Below are positions 26,695 through 37,620 of a stretch of 64,000 nt of DNA, piece after piece. The notes beneath the pieces were generated by a model. That model did no database searches. It worked only from the letters and a program-made list of their open reading frames with translations, and had not been told where the DNA came from. The translations under genes were made by a program, and so were the position numbers. Each line of letters begins with the position of its first letter. The first letter of the stretch is position 1. The DNA comes from Heteronotia binoei (taxonomy: Eukaryota), in NCBI RefSeq assembly GCF_032191835.1, contig NC_083243.1, positions 190,960,001 through 191,024,000 of the forward strand. Reading direction: 5' to 3'.

Positions 26695-28124
26695 CTAAAG
26701 AAGCATGTGTTATAAAAAACATGTTTCCTTGTTAAGAAACTCAAGGTACAACAAAAGAGTTATTTGACTAAAACTCAGAACTAATCTTATTTCAGTTAGG
26801 CCAAGGAACTTTGGGGCATTATTTATAGCATCAAGTGTAGCCACACTTGGATAGGTCTCTGTGGAGGCAGGGTATATAGTTATCAGTATTCACATTTTGC
26901 TTTTATTAGACCCCTGAAAGTGTAGGTAAATATCTCTGCCATTATAACACTTCTTCTACTGAGCTGATTAAAGTTTATTACAGGAATAGCTTTACCAGTC
27001 CTTTTGATTTTGCCAGCTCCCATTCACAGGATGGCCTCATGGGTTTTCAGTTCCATTACTTTTTGCTGATGAAACTGGCCCTTGTGTACAAAAACTCATG
27101 CTTTAAGATAAATAATTAGTTGGCGGCAGCAGCCATGTGATACTTTAAAGATGAAGACATCTATTGTAGCATGAGTTCTCAGAAACATGAGCCAAGTTCA
27201 TGAGATACATGAGGAAGGCAATGGAACTGCAATCTCATGTGCAACGGTTGGGAGAACTAATTCTTGATATTCCCGTAGCAAAGTGTGTGCAGCATGCAAT
27301 ACTCAAAGCTGATTTTCATCACCTCCTTTCTCTATATTGTAAATACAGATACCAGCCAATATCCTAATTCCATCTACACTGCTGAGGGAAATAATCAGGA
27401 ATCCCAGACAACGGAGAATCGCAACAGATTGACAGTCATTCAGAGAAAGGCTTGCTCAGAGAATCTGAGCAAGCCTTTAAGCTCGACTTTGGATTTGCGT
27501 GTCTGCCATTTTGCACCATTTTTCCCCCTCCATTGTACTTATTCTGTATGCTGTGTATTTATTCTGCAACTGCAACCAAACACACAGTTTTTCTTAATTG
27601 GATCATCACTTGTAATGCAGGGGTGGCAGCATACAAAGGGTTTAGATCCTCACAACTGCTATTTCCTGTGAATTTGCTCTATTATGCCAGAAATATATTT
27701 CTTTTTAAATGACTGTGTTTGAGTAAATTATACAATGTCCCTCCAAATCTGGATCCTACCAAGATGCCACTTTTCTGTCCACTCTGGAGGGAGGGAGGAA
27801 AAGACTAGCTGCTGTTTCCTGTTGATGTCAGCAGCTTGCAGGATGCAAAACACATTGGAGGGCAAGGGGGCTTTATTTACATTGTATAATTTATTTGAAC
27901 CTTGTCCTTTCACTTCTGGCATAATAAAGCATGTGTACAGAAAACAGCAGCAGTCTTTCCCTCCCCCTCCCTCATTTCAAAGCTTGCAAAGAGGCTTCTT
28001 GGAGAGCGGCCAGAGAAACATGTTTTCCCCCTGTAATTTTCCCCTAAAAAAAACAGAGTTCAGCAATAATCTCATTTCACTAGACTCATGCCGCTTGTAT
28101 TTTTTTTTTAAATGTAAAGCAACA

Positions 28125-28378
28125 AGGGGGAGGGACGGTGGCTGAAGGGGAGGGACGGTGGCTGAAGGGGAGGGACGGTGGCTCAGTGGTAGAGCATCTG
28201 CTTGGGAAGCAGAAGGTCCCAGGTTCAATCCCCGGCATCTCCAAAAAAGGGTCCAGGCAAATAGGTGTGAAAAACCTCAGATTGAGACCCTGGAGAGCCG
28301 CTGCCAGTCTGAGAAGACAATACTGACTTTGATGGACCGAGGGTCTGATTCAGTATAAGGCAGCTTCATATGTTTCAT
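28125..28378 (+). mobile_element. tRNA-derived SINE (Squam2-like) with a 20-bp head unit repeated three times
   Basis: A box tggctcagtgg and B box ggttcaatccc; sister copy on minus strand at 61449-61661. Confidence 0.85.
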
Positions 28379-30281
28379 AAGGGAGAAAGTGGAGCTTGCA
28401 TACAGATGAATGGTGGAAGAGGCAGAATGGATGGAACAACTTCTATGTGGGCAGGGGAGAGACCTTCAAGGGGCAGCAAAGGGGGTGAGGAAAATCTGAG
28501 GGAATCTGTATGTGTTTGAATTACCTTTGGCCCAGAAAGCAAAGCAAGGGAGAACGTGGCACAAAACCACTCTCAGAAAATCCAGGAAAATAGTGACCAG
28601 AAAGTGACCTGTGACCTGAAGTGTGTATGTGTGTGTGTGTGGTGGTGGTGGGGACATCAATGCAGAACAAAAAATAAAATCCACATGAAAGTGAGGGAAA
28701 TTGCAGAATGACAAAGAAAACTTGATAGACATGCATTGTGACAGTAAGGAAAAACACTTGTGCATAACATCCCATTTAAAATCAGGAGCAGTGTTAGCAT
28801 CGTTTTAGATATAAAATACTTTTAATAGCAAATAAGCGGGAAGCAATTCTACACATATGCCACATTTTTAAAACCAATAAAAGATGTAAATGTATGTAAG
28901 TAACTATAAGTGTGTCTGGGCTTTTTCAAATGGAGTGAATTTCCTACATTAAGAAATGTGCATGCCCAGTGCAGATTGTCACTGCTTATGACTGCATAAG
29001 GAAGTATTTCAATGTATGTTCACAAGAAAAGGATTCATAGTTCATCACAACTTCCCAACGAAGCAAAACACAGACTTATGCAACTGATACAGGAGATGAA
29101 CTTGTGGACTGCACATTTGTTACTGCGCACCATTGTTAGTTGTGTAGGAATCTTGTCACATTTCAAACAACCCAAAGAAGATATATTTAAAAGAGGTACA
29201 GGAAGCACTCAGCATAGCTGTGTGGGATAAAAGGCTATCTGACAGTTGGGTTGTCGGGCTAATGTCCTCCAAAAGGCCCGGCAAAGATTTTTGTTATCTG
29301 ACTGGAGAATGCAGTTTGTTCCATTAGCAGTGGATTGATTCTCATACTTGCCAATTAGCTAACAGAGAAGTATTTTTCTCTTCCTTGTAAAATCTTGTTT
29401 GGGACACGTTTCTGAGAGAGGAATTGTAAAGCAGAATGTTAACAGGTGGGGGTAAAATTTTCAATACTTGTCCCAAATATGTGTGATGAAAGGAAATAAA
29501 AATATACTAAATATAATACTAGACCAAGGCTTGCTTTAGCAACGCCAAAAACCAGTTCTGCATCTCTGCGGTGCGGTGCACAAGCACCATTCCTATGCTT
29601 CACACAGGCCATGCGATTACTGCCTGTGCTGGTGTCAAAGGCCAAAATGGTCCAGCAGCCATCATTAATATGGGAAGCGGCCTACAGTGTGGGCAACCCA
29701 TATGAATGGCCTTTCTTTAAAACATTTCTATGCTGCCTTATCACCCAGTTCAAGGTCCTCAAGGTAGCAAGCACTAAAACATTTCACACATCAAAAAGCA
29801 TTTAAAATACAACTATACAAAAAATATAAAATATTTAAAACAGTTAAACCAAATGCATAACTATACAACCAGGGAGGCGGGATAAGAAGAGTTAGTGAAG
29901 GAGCACCAAGCGACGCAAACAACCGCCCACTGGCAGAATACAACAACAGATGGAAACAGACAAATCTTCACGGGGTGGGAGTTCTAAAGTTTACATGTGG
30001 AGTACGGATGGCAGGTAAATGTTCTTCCCCAGCTCATTGCTTAGGTAACCTATACACTGCACACAAGTCTAAATAATGATGCAGATCCAGCAACTCAAGA
30101 GAAAAATCATGGAGTCAATATTCAAAAACTCCATGACCCAAAGAAGTCTGAGAACATGAAGGAACCACACCATTATTATTCTGACTGCAAAATAATTTTT
30201 AATACCCTAGAAGTGTAGAAACATAGAAAAAACACCAACATTTCAAAATGTGGCTTTTGAGATTTACTAATTGGCACAGAA

Positions 30282-30585
30282 AGAGCCCTGGGGCGCAGAG
30301 TGGTAAAGCTGCAGTACTGCAGTCCAAGCTCTGCTCACGAGCTCTGCTGAGTTCGATCTCAGCGGAAGCTGGGTTCAGGTAGCTGGCTTATGGTTGACTC
30401 AGCATTTCATCCTTCCAAGGTCAGTAAAATGAGTACCCAGCTTGCTGGGGGGGGAAGTGTAAATGACTGGGGAAGGCAATGGCAAACCATCCCATTTAAA
30501 AAGTCTGCCATGAAAACGTTGTGAAAGCAACGTCACCCCGGAGTTGGAAACAACTGATGACTGCACAGGGGATTACCTTTACCTT
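30282..30585 (+). mobile_element. Sauria SINE (Squam1)
   Basis: Homologous to 24334-24636; (ACCTTT)2 tail; TSD taattggcacagaa/taattggcatggaa. Confidence 0.88.
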
Positions 30586-30799
30586 TAATTGGCATGGAAT
30601 CCCAGCAAAGAGTTTACAAAATTATCTAGCTTCTGGTATGATTAAAAAAGAAACAACCCTGCATATCAGTTTCTTGGCATGGTAACGTACAATGAATTCT
30701 GATAATCAGATCTGGCTTAGATAGCTTGCGAAACTATGTTTGTTTTATATGTCTATCTTCATTTCCCCTGATTTGTAAAGCGAAGCAGAACAACCAGAC

Positions 30800-31460
30800 G
30801 GTGTATGGTCTTAGTGGACCATACACTGAACATGAGTCAGCAGTGTGTGCAGTAGCTAAAAAGGCAAATGTGATTTGGGGCTGTATCAACAGAAGTATAG
30901 TGTCCAGATCACGCAAAGTGATGGTATCCCTTTACTGTGTCTGGTTAGACCTCACCTAGAGTATTGTGTTCAGTTTTGGGCACCACAATTTAAGAAGGGT
31001 GTAGACAAGCTGGAACATGTCCAGAGGGGGAAATGAAGATGGTGAGAGACCAAGTCCTACGAGGAAAGGTTGAAGGAGCTCGGTACGTTTAGCCTTGAGA
31101 GGAGACGACTGAGATGATCACCATCTTCAAGTAGTTGAAGGACTCTCATATAGAGGATGTTGCGGAGTTGTTTTCTGTTGCCCCAGAAGGCTAGACCAGA
31201 ATCAGCAGGTTGAAATTAAATCAGAAGAGTTTTCAGCTAAACATTCAGAACAACTTCCTGTCAGAGTGGATCCTCAGCAGAACAGTCTTCCTTGGAAGGT
31301 GGTGGGCTCTCCTTCCTTGGAAGTTCTTAAATGGAGGCTAGATGGCCATTTAACCGCAATGCTGATTCTGTGGATTTAGGGAGAAGTATTTGTTATTTTC
31401 CTGCATTGTGCAGAGGGTTGCACTAGACGGCCCTGAGGGTCCCTTCCAATTCTATGATTA
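30800..31460 (+). mobile_element. degraded CR1 3' fragment
   Basis: Homologous to 14775-15415 ([13 protein letters not shown]). Confidence 0.85.
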
Positions 31461-32052
31461 TAAGAACAGCAGTAGATGGTGCCTCTTGAGGCAGGAAGAA
31501 CAGTGTGGTTGAGAGGGAAATGCCTTGAGGGTTATAGTGTCAAACAAGTACGTTGGATGGCCACAGGAGCTCAGGGACTGCATGCAACCCATGTGCAGCA
31601 GGCTGGGAACCAATGGTATAAAAGAAGAAACTAAATAAATGCAGTAAAGCTGGATTACAGAATTAGAGTCCAATGCAAATAAAACTATCTAAAATTTCAC
31701 AGATGTAAAATTTGCATATCAGTTTCTTGGCATGGTAACATACAATGAATTCTGATAATCAGATTTGGTTTAGATAGCCTGCGGAAATGTTTGTTTTATA
31801 TGTCTATCTTCATTCCCCCTGTTTTGTAGAGCGAAGCAGAACAACCAGACATGCTGAAAAACAAAACTTAAGCACTGGGAGGCTGGGTAGCATTTATACC
31901 TTACTCAGAATAGCTTTTAACTGCATGTGCTCCTTAACATTTTTCAATTTAGTATCATTTGCACATTTAATAAGCATTCCCTCTATTCCTTCACCCAAAT
32001 AATTTATAAAGATATTGAACAAAACAGACATTAATGTCAGATGTTTGAGAAC

Positions 32053-32215
32053 AGGAAGGAAGGAAGGAAGGAAGGAAGGAAGGAAGGAAGGAAGGAAGGA
32101 AGGAAGGAAGGAAGGAAGGAAGGAAGGAAGGAAGAGGGAGGGAAGGAGTGAAAGAAAGGAGGGAAAAAGGAAGAAAGAAGGAGAAAAGAAAGAAAGAAAC
32201 AGGAAGAAAGGGGAT
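32053..32215. repeat. (GGAA)n microsatellite and purine tract
   Basis: Direct reading. Confidence 0.95.
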
Positions 32216-32869
32216 GGGAGCAACTCATCTTTAAAACTTCTGACTCTCACAGGAAGTCTGCCTTGCAGTGCTGCTTGGTCCCCTGAACCCCTCCAGCCAG
32301 CGGGATGTCAAGAGGCCACCTGACAAACGCAACTCAGCCCCCTGAGCCCTGGCAGCCAGCCGGGAAGCTGACAGGCCAGCTGGAATGGCGTTCCAGTGCA
32401 TTCTAGCTCAAAAAAAAGCTCTGCATGCATATAAATTGGGCCAGGTGGGAGGCTGCCCTTCCATTCACTCTTTCTCTCTTACCTGCCCTTTTTTGGAGGG
32501 CCCCAATTTTTAAAGTATTTGCATGTATAGATTTTAACCTCAAGGAAGTGTGTTTATTAAGAAATAAATTGCATAGTATTAAATAAGGATTGCAACTCTG
32601 CCATCTGGCAAGTCAGATTCACAATCCATTTTTAAAACCTTCTTCCTAGCCAGTGCATATGGCCCAATACTCCCGAGAACTATAGAGGCAGGGGTCTCTT
32701 TTCTTCTTTCCCATGATTGAAACAAAAATCCCCAGCTAGTGTGGGGTAGATTTGATAAGAAGGGAAGAGGTAGACCCCCAAAATTATACTTCTCTTCTAT
32801 TTATTCAATGATAATATTGAAACACTGCAACTGCTGCTCTGCTAAAAACTCTGCAAAAGGATGTCTGCA

Positions 32870-33770
32870 AAAGAAGAAGACTGCAGATTTATACCCCGTC
32901 CTTCTCTCTGAATCAGAGACTCAGAGCAGCTTACAATCTCCTATATCTTCTCCCCCCACAACAGACACCCTAAGTAAGTAAGTAAGTAAATTTTTATTTA
33001 TACCCCGCCCTCCCCGCCGAGGCAGGCTCAGGCTTACAGAACATGATACGAAATCATGGTATCACAAATGACAGATAAAATCAATAACAATATAAGTACA
33101 AATATAAATTAATTTAAAAAGTTAAAACAGGGAAATTACAGGCCAGTCAGTCTGACTTCAATACCGGGAAAGTTGGTAGAAACCATTATCAAGGACAGAA
33201 TGAGTAGGCACATTGATGAACACGGGTTATTGAGGAAGACTCAGCATGGGTTCTGCAAGGGAAGATCTTGCCTCACTAACCTGTTACATTTCTTTGAGGG
33301 GTGAACAAAGGAACTACAATCCAGAGGAACTACAATCTCTATTTATCCGGCAGCGTATTTATTCTGGTTACATCCTAAAGGCTTCTTGGAAGAGGGCAGT
33401 TTTGCAGGCCCTGTGGAACTGATTGATGTCCCGCAGGGCCCGCACCTCCTCCGGCAGCTGATTCCACCATTGGGGGGCTTTTATAGAGAAGGCCAGCTCC
33501 CTGGTCGTTTTAAGTTTGGCCCTCCTTAGGCCCAGGGATTTCCAGGAGATTTTGTGAACTGGAGCGCAGTGCCCTCTGGGGAACATATGGAGAGAGGTGG
33601 TCCCTGTGAGGTGGGTGGGGCTGAGAGGGCTCTCACAGCAGCTGCCCTTTCAAGGACAACTCCTGCGATAGCTATGGCTAACCCAAGGCCATTCCAGCAG
33701 CTGTAAGTGGAGGAGTGGGGAATCAAACCCCGTTCTCCGCTCGCTTAACCACTACACCAAACTGGCTCCA
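32870..33770. mobile_element. jumble of Squam3 (-), L2 (-) and CR1 RT (+, 33130-33310) fragments
   Basis: GNYRPVSLTSIPGKLVETII...HGFCKGRSCLTNL (CR1 RT); L2 C-terminal ORF 33368-33586; SINE halves at both ends. Confidence 0.75.
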
Positions 33771-33774
33771 AAAG

Positions 33775-34194
33775 TGCTGTTTCAAAGAAATGAAAAATTG
33801 CAGATGAACATGACGTCTTTAATGACAAATGGACTAGTAATTACTTCTTTTTTTTTTAAACGATAAAGCAGTTTGCGTGATAGGTCTCAAAACTCTCTCA
33901 GTATTAAAGGAGTACAATGTTAAAAGCCACTTTGAGTCCAATCACAAGAGCTACTTAATATGTCAAGAGGTGCAAGTGAACAAGATAAAGTCTCCTTTAA
34001 ATCAATGGTTTTACTGCAAAATAGTTTTCGAAAGCACACTGAGGAGAATCTGTCTACCATGGCCAGCTATCACATTGCTAAATGCATTGGTGAGAGTGGT
34101 AAACCATTCACTGATGGTAAATTTGTTAAAAAGGATATGGCTAAAGTAATGGGACGAAATGTGTCCTGATAAGGTGTCTTGAGTTAGTTGTGTC
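33775..34194 (+). pseudogene. hAT transposase remnant, 5' part (SPIN/GTF2IRD2-like)
   Basis: VLKEYNVKSHFES, MASYHIAKCIGESGKPFTDGKFVKK, EMCPDKV. Confidence 0.8.
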
Positions 34195-35080
34195 GATAGG
34201 TCTAGCCATTGCGCCTAGCACTCGGAAGTCTTACGAGCGGGCCGTGCGGCAGTTTGAAGACTTTCGGGCTGAGGTAGGGTATCGCAGGGTTTGGCCCCTC
34301 CCGGTGGAGGAATTGCTCCATTACTGTGTGTCTTTACGAGGTAAGGGGTTGGCCGTGCGATCTATTAGGGGGTGCCTGTCTGCATTGGCTTTTGCAAGTA
34401 AGGCACTTGGTTATAGGGAAGATACAGCAGATTTTCGTCTTCGAAAGATGCTGGAGGGGTGGGCTAGAGAAGCCGGACCCAGGGCTGATACGCGGAATCC
34501 GGTGTCTCCGTTGATTCTGCAGGGGTTGAAGAGGGTATGGGGCGTGGTGTGTGCCTCGCCTTTTGAGGCATGTTTATTTCATGCCGCGTCCTTGTTGGCC
34601 TTTTTTGGGGCGCTTAGAGTGAGTGAGCTGGTTGCTCAGTCTAGAAACGATGTTTCTGGTAGGGCTTTGCAGCTGAGGGACCTGAGGTTGTTGGGGCCTA
34701 AGGCGGTCATTACTGTCCGTCGCTCGAAGACGGATCAGTTGCAGCGGGGTACTGTGCTCGAGCTGGGTAGTTGTTCAGAGCTCGAGTTGTGTCCAGTTAA
34801 TGCGTTGGCTGCTTATTTGGCAGTGCGCGGGCCCAAGGACGGATTTTTGTTTATACACATGGATGGTAAGCCATTAACGAAGCACCAGTTCTGGGCGGTT
34901 ACGTCTAGGGCGCTGGGTGAGTTAGGGTTATCAGGGGTGCGGTTTGGTACACACTCCTTTAGAATTGGGGTGGCCTCGACAGCGGCTGCTATGGGGTTGC
35001 CTTCCACCTCTATTCAGAGGCTGGGGCGTTGGCGTTCTTCAGCCTATAAGGCATACATCCGCCCCTTTTGCGGGCAATGA
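34190..35080 (+). CDS. tyrosine recombinase of the Ngaro-type element (296 aa open)
   Basis: Catalytic motifs LRVSEL (R), SKTDQ (K), HSFRIG (HxxR), LGRW...YKAY (W,Y); N-terminal APSTRKSY helix. Confidence 0.93.
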   Translation: MSIGLAIAPSTRKSYERAVRQFEDFRAEVGYRRVWPLPVEELLHYCVSLRGKGLAVRSIRGCLSALAFASKALGYREDTADFRLRKMLEGWAREAGPRADTRNPVSPLILQGLKRVWGVVCASPFEACLFHAASLLAFFGALRVSELVAQSRNDVSGRALQLRDLRLLGPKAVITVRRSKTDQLQRGTVLELGSCSELELCPVNALAAYLAVRGPKDGFLFIHMDGKPLTKHQFWAVTSRALGELGLSGVRFGTHSFRIGVASTAAAMGLPSTSIQRLGRWRSSAYKAYIRPFCGQ

Positions 35081-35092
35081 GCGCATTGGATT

Positions 35093-35749
35093 GTGTGCAT
35101 GAGTTGGTTCCGTTTGTGTTTAATGGTTTTTCTCTTTTTAGATGCTGCTGTTCCTGGCCAGAGGAGCCGGTGCCGAGTTCTCATCTGCGGCCATAGCTAC
35201 GTGTTTTGGGCTGGTCTTCAAGCACGGAGAACTGCGGTCGGCTCTCAGCTGGGACTCAGCCAGCATGCGGTTATCGAATGGCAGGGGCGCCGGGGCCTCC
35301 AGTGGCCAGGCTTGCTGCCGTTGTTATTCAAAGGTAGAGCGGGTCCTCCTCCACAGGTCTTAATTGTTCACCTGGGAGGTAATGATCTGGGGTTATTGAA
35401 GGGTAAGGCCTTGGTGTGGCAAGCCCGGGATGACTTCCAGCGCATCAGGGAGCGATGGCCGGAGACCACGATAGTTTGGTCAGCCATGCTGCCCCGCCAA
35501 GTGTGGCGTCATGCTGTGGACCCTGCAGCCTTAGAAAGAGCTAGGTATAAAGCCAATAAAGAAATTAAAAAATTACTTGAAAAGGGTTTGCGCCACTATT
35601 TACCCCATCCGGATATTTCAGCGAGATGTCCTGACCTCTACAGAGGGGATGGGGTGCATCTCTCGGAAAAGGGTAATGTGCTTTTTCTGAGAGATTTGCA
35701 GCAAGGGTTGCGGGTGGCTTTGGGCCTCCCGGTGGGTGCTAAGCCCTAA
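35093..35749 (+). CDS. SGNH/GDSL hydrolase (esterase-like) ORF of the element
   Basis: Block I GHSY, block II G (QGRRG), block III HLGGND, block V DGVHLS; no stops over 218 codons. Confidence 0.88.
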   Translation: MCMSWFRLCLMVFLFLDAAVPGQRSRCRVLICGHSYVFWAGLQARRTAVGSQLGLSQHAVIEWQGRRGLQWPGLLPLLFKGRAGPPPQVLIVHLGGNDLGLLKGKALVWQARDDFQRIRERWPETTIVWSAMLPRQVWRHAVDPAALERARYKANKEIKKLLEKGLRHYLPHPDISARCPDLYRGDGVHLSEKGNVLFLRDLQQGLRVALGLPVGAKP

Positions 35750-35770
35750 GTAGAGACTTGGCCTTATTAG

Positions 35771-36195
35771 TGGCAGGTTTTAGGGGTTTAGGACACTATG
35801 CGGCTAGGGGAGGACTGTGAAGCATCCCCCACTTTGGGGGAAATTTTGGGGTCTGGCATGATTGGCCTTGGGGTTTGGAGACCCGGGTTGGAGAATGCAG
35901 ACTGTCCAGGAGGCTCGGCTAGAGGGTGCCTTTCCGCCAAGACGTGCGTCTGGGTTTGGGCCCTCTGGTGCGGGCCTCCCTGCTGGGCCTGCCTGGAGGG
36001 AGCTGAGCAGCTCAGCTCCAGAAGGGGGGTTGGGTCCTCGCCCGTTAATGGCAGGGGAGCGGTCGCGGTGACCCCTAGCCCTGGCCAGGCCGCTGGTGGG
36101 GTACCCTTGCTGTTCATGTTGTAAGTTAATAAAGTGGCCCAATTTCAATCCAATGCATCGTGTCCGACTCGTTATTCCGACCTTGGTGGGCAATC
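35771..36195 (+). repeat. split direct repeat B1
   Basis: About 6 substitutions versus B2 by eye; AATAAA at ~36127. Confidence 0.9.
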
Positions 36196-36549
36196 GTAAT
36201 CTTGCAGCCTGCAGCGTAGCTGCTAGGCTGCTTAGATCTGTTTGCCCTCCAGGGCGGGAGAGTTGGTCTGCGCGCTGTTTGGGCGCGCTTTGCAGGGGGC
36301 GGGGTTTAGCCGCATCAATGGCTAGCTCCCCGTCCCTCTCCTCAGTCCCTCGACGATCGGCCCTCCCACCCGCCCTGTCTGCTATGTGGGCATTGCTGGT
36401 TGCCTCATTCGGGGAGCCGGGTAGGAATTTTTTACGCCCCAGCTGATTGGCTGGTGCTGGGGCGTGTTTTTCGCCTACCCTGCATAGCAGTGCAGTGGAT
36501 TGTGGAATTAGCTCTGGGAAGGTGCCTTTAAATAGGCGGTCACTTTAGT
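36196..36549 (+). promoter_or_regulatory. A2 repeat with putative promoter
   Basis: GC-rich, reverse CCAAT (ctgattggct ~36443) and TATA-like tttaaata ~36527; promoter role is inferred from Ngaro architecture. Confidence 0.5.
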
Positions 36550-36974
36550 TGGCAGGTTTTAGGGGTTTAGGAGACTATGCGGCTAGGGGAGGACTGTGAA
36601 GCATCCCCCACTTTGGGGGAAATTTTGGGGTCTGGCATGATCGGCCTTGGGGTTTGGAGACCCGGGTTGGAGAATGCAGACTGTCCAGGAGGCTCGGCTA
36701 GAGGGTGCCTTTCCGCCGAGACGTGCGTCTGGGTTTGGGCCCTCTGGTGCGGGCCTCCCTGCTGGGCCTGCCTGGAGGGAGCTGAGCAGCTCAGCTCCGG
36801 AAGGGGGGCTGGGTCCTCGCCCGTTAATGGCAGGGGAGCGGTCGCGGTGACCCCTAGCCCTGGCCAGGCCGCTGGTGGGGTACCCTTGCTGTTCATGTTG
36901 TAAGTTAATAAAGTGGCCCAATTTCAATCCAATGCATTGTGTCCGACTCGTTATTCCGACCTTGGTGGGCAATC
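36550..36974 (+). repeat. split direct repeat B2
   Basis: Copy of B1; ends at ...gggcaatc where the hAT sequence resumes. Confidence 0.9.
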
Positions 36975-37620
36975 ACCAGACATGTGGAAGAATTAGGAGA
37001 AGAGCTGCATATGTCATTGATTGTCAATGCAAAAGTTATGATCCCCCCCCCCCACTTTGGCATTAGATGACAGTGCATTAGATTAGACACTGCTCAACTA
37101 CTAATATTTATCAGGGGAATACATTCCAACTTCAGAATTACACATGAGTTGTGCCCACTGCATTGTTTGAGAGGCACCACAACTGCAGAAAACCTATTCC
37201 TGAAGGTGTGTAAATCTGTAGAAAACTTTGGCCTGAGTTGGAATAAACTGAAAATATTACAATTTATGGTGCAAGAAATACGGCGGGAAGTAAAACTGGT
37301 GTAGTTGCAAGCATCAATGAAGAGATCTTGAAATTAAATGATACACTTTTCATGCAATTTCACTGCATTATCCACCTGCAAGCCATGTGTAGTAACATTC
37401 TTCAGTGGGAAAGTGGAATGTGTATTGTATCCAGCATGAATTACATAAGGCATCATGGCCTTACTCATTGCCAGTTTTGAAATTTCCTCTCAGAGATAGA
37501 TGCTGCATTTGCACTCTGGACTAAAACAATGCTGAGAGTACAATTTCAGTCTTCCAGAGTCTGTCATTTTGGAGAGGGCTATGCAGCATTTTGGGTCCCC
37601 ACGGGAAAAATTCATAAGGC
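36975..37620 (+). pseudogene. hAT transposase remnant, 3' part
   Basis: TRHVEEL, DTAQLLIFIRG, RGTTTAENLF, HCIIH motifs continue the 33775-34194 fragment. Confidence 0.8.

Larger units (their letters stand above)
34195..36974 (+). mobile_element. 5'-truncated Ngaro-type YR retrotransposon (YR + SGNH ORFs, B1-A2-B2 repeats)
   Basis: YR ORF, hydrolase ORF, then 425-bp direct repeats (35771-36195 and 36550-36974) around a 354-bp spacer, matching the split-direct-repeat 3' end of Ngaro/PAT elements. Confidence 0.85.

Noticed and set aside
28167-28240. tRNA gene (also 61590-61661, and the Squam3 and Sauria heads)
   Set aside because: The A/B boxes run into SINE bodies and tails, and multiple diverged copies are present
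34190-35749. Bacterial or phage integrase plus GDSL lipase from contamination or horizontal transfer
   Set aside because: Embedded in reptile repeats with clean junctions and followed by split direct repeats with AATAAA; it fits a Ngaro retrotransposon
35788-36972. Duplicated ~110-130-aa ORFs on both strands
   Set aside because: They are by-products of the GC-rich B1/B2 repeats; no domain motifs
33775-37620. Domesticated GTF2IRD2/ZBED-like host gene
   Set aside because: Multiple stops and frameshifts, and interrupted by the Ngaro element; it is a dead hAT transposase
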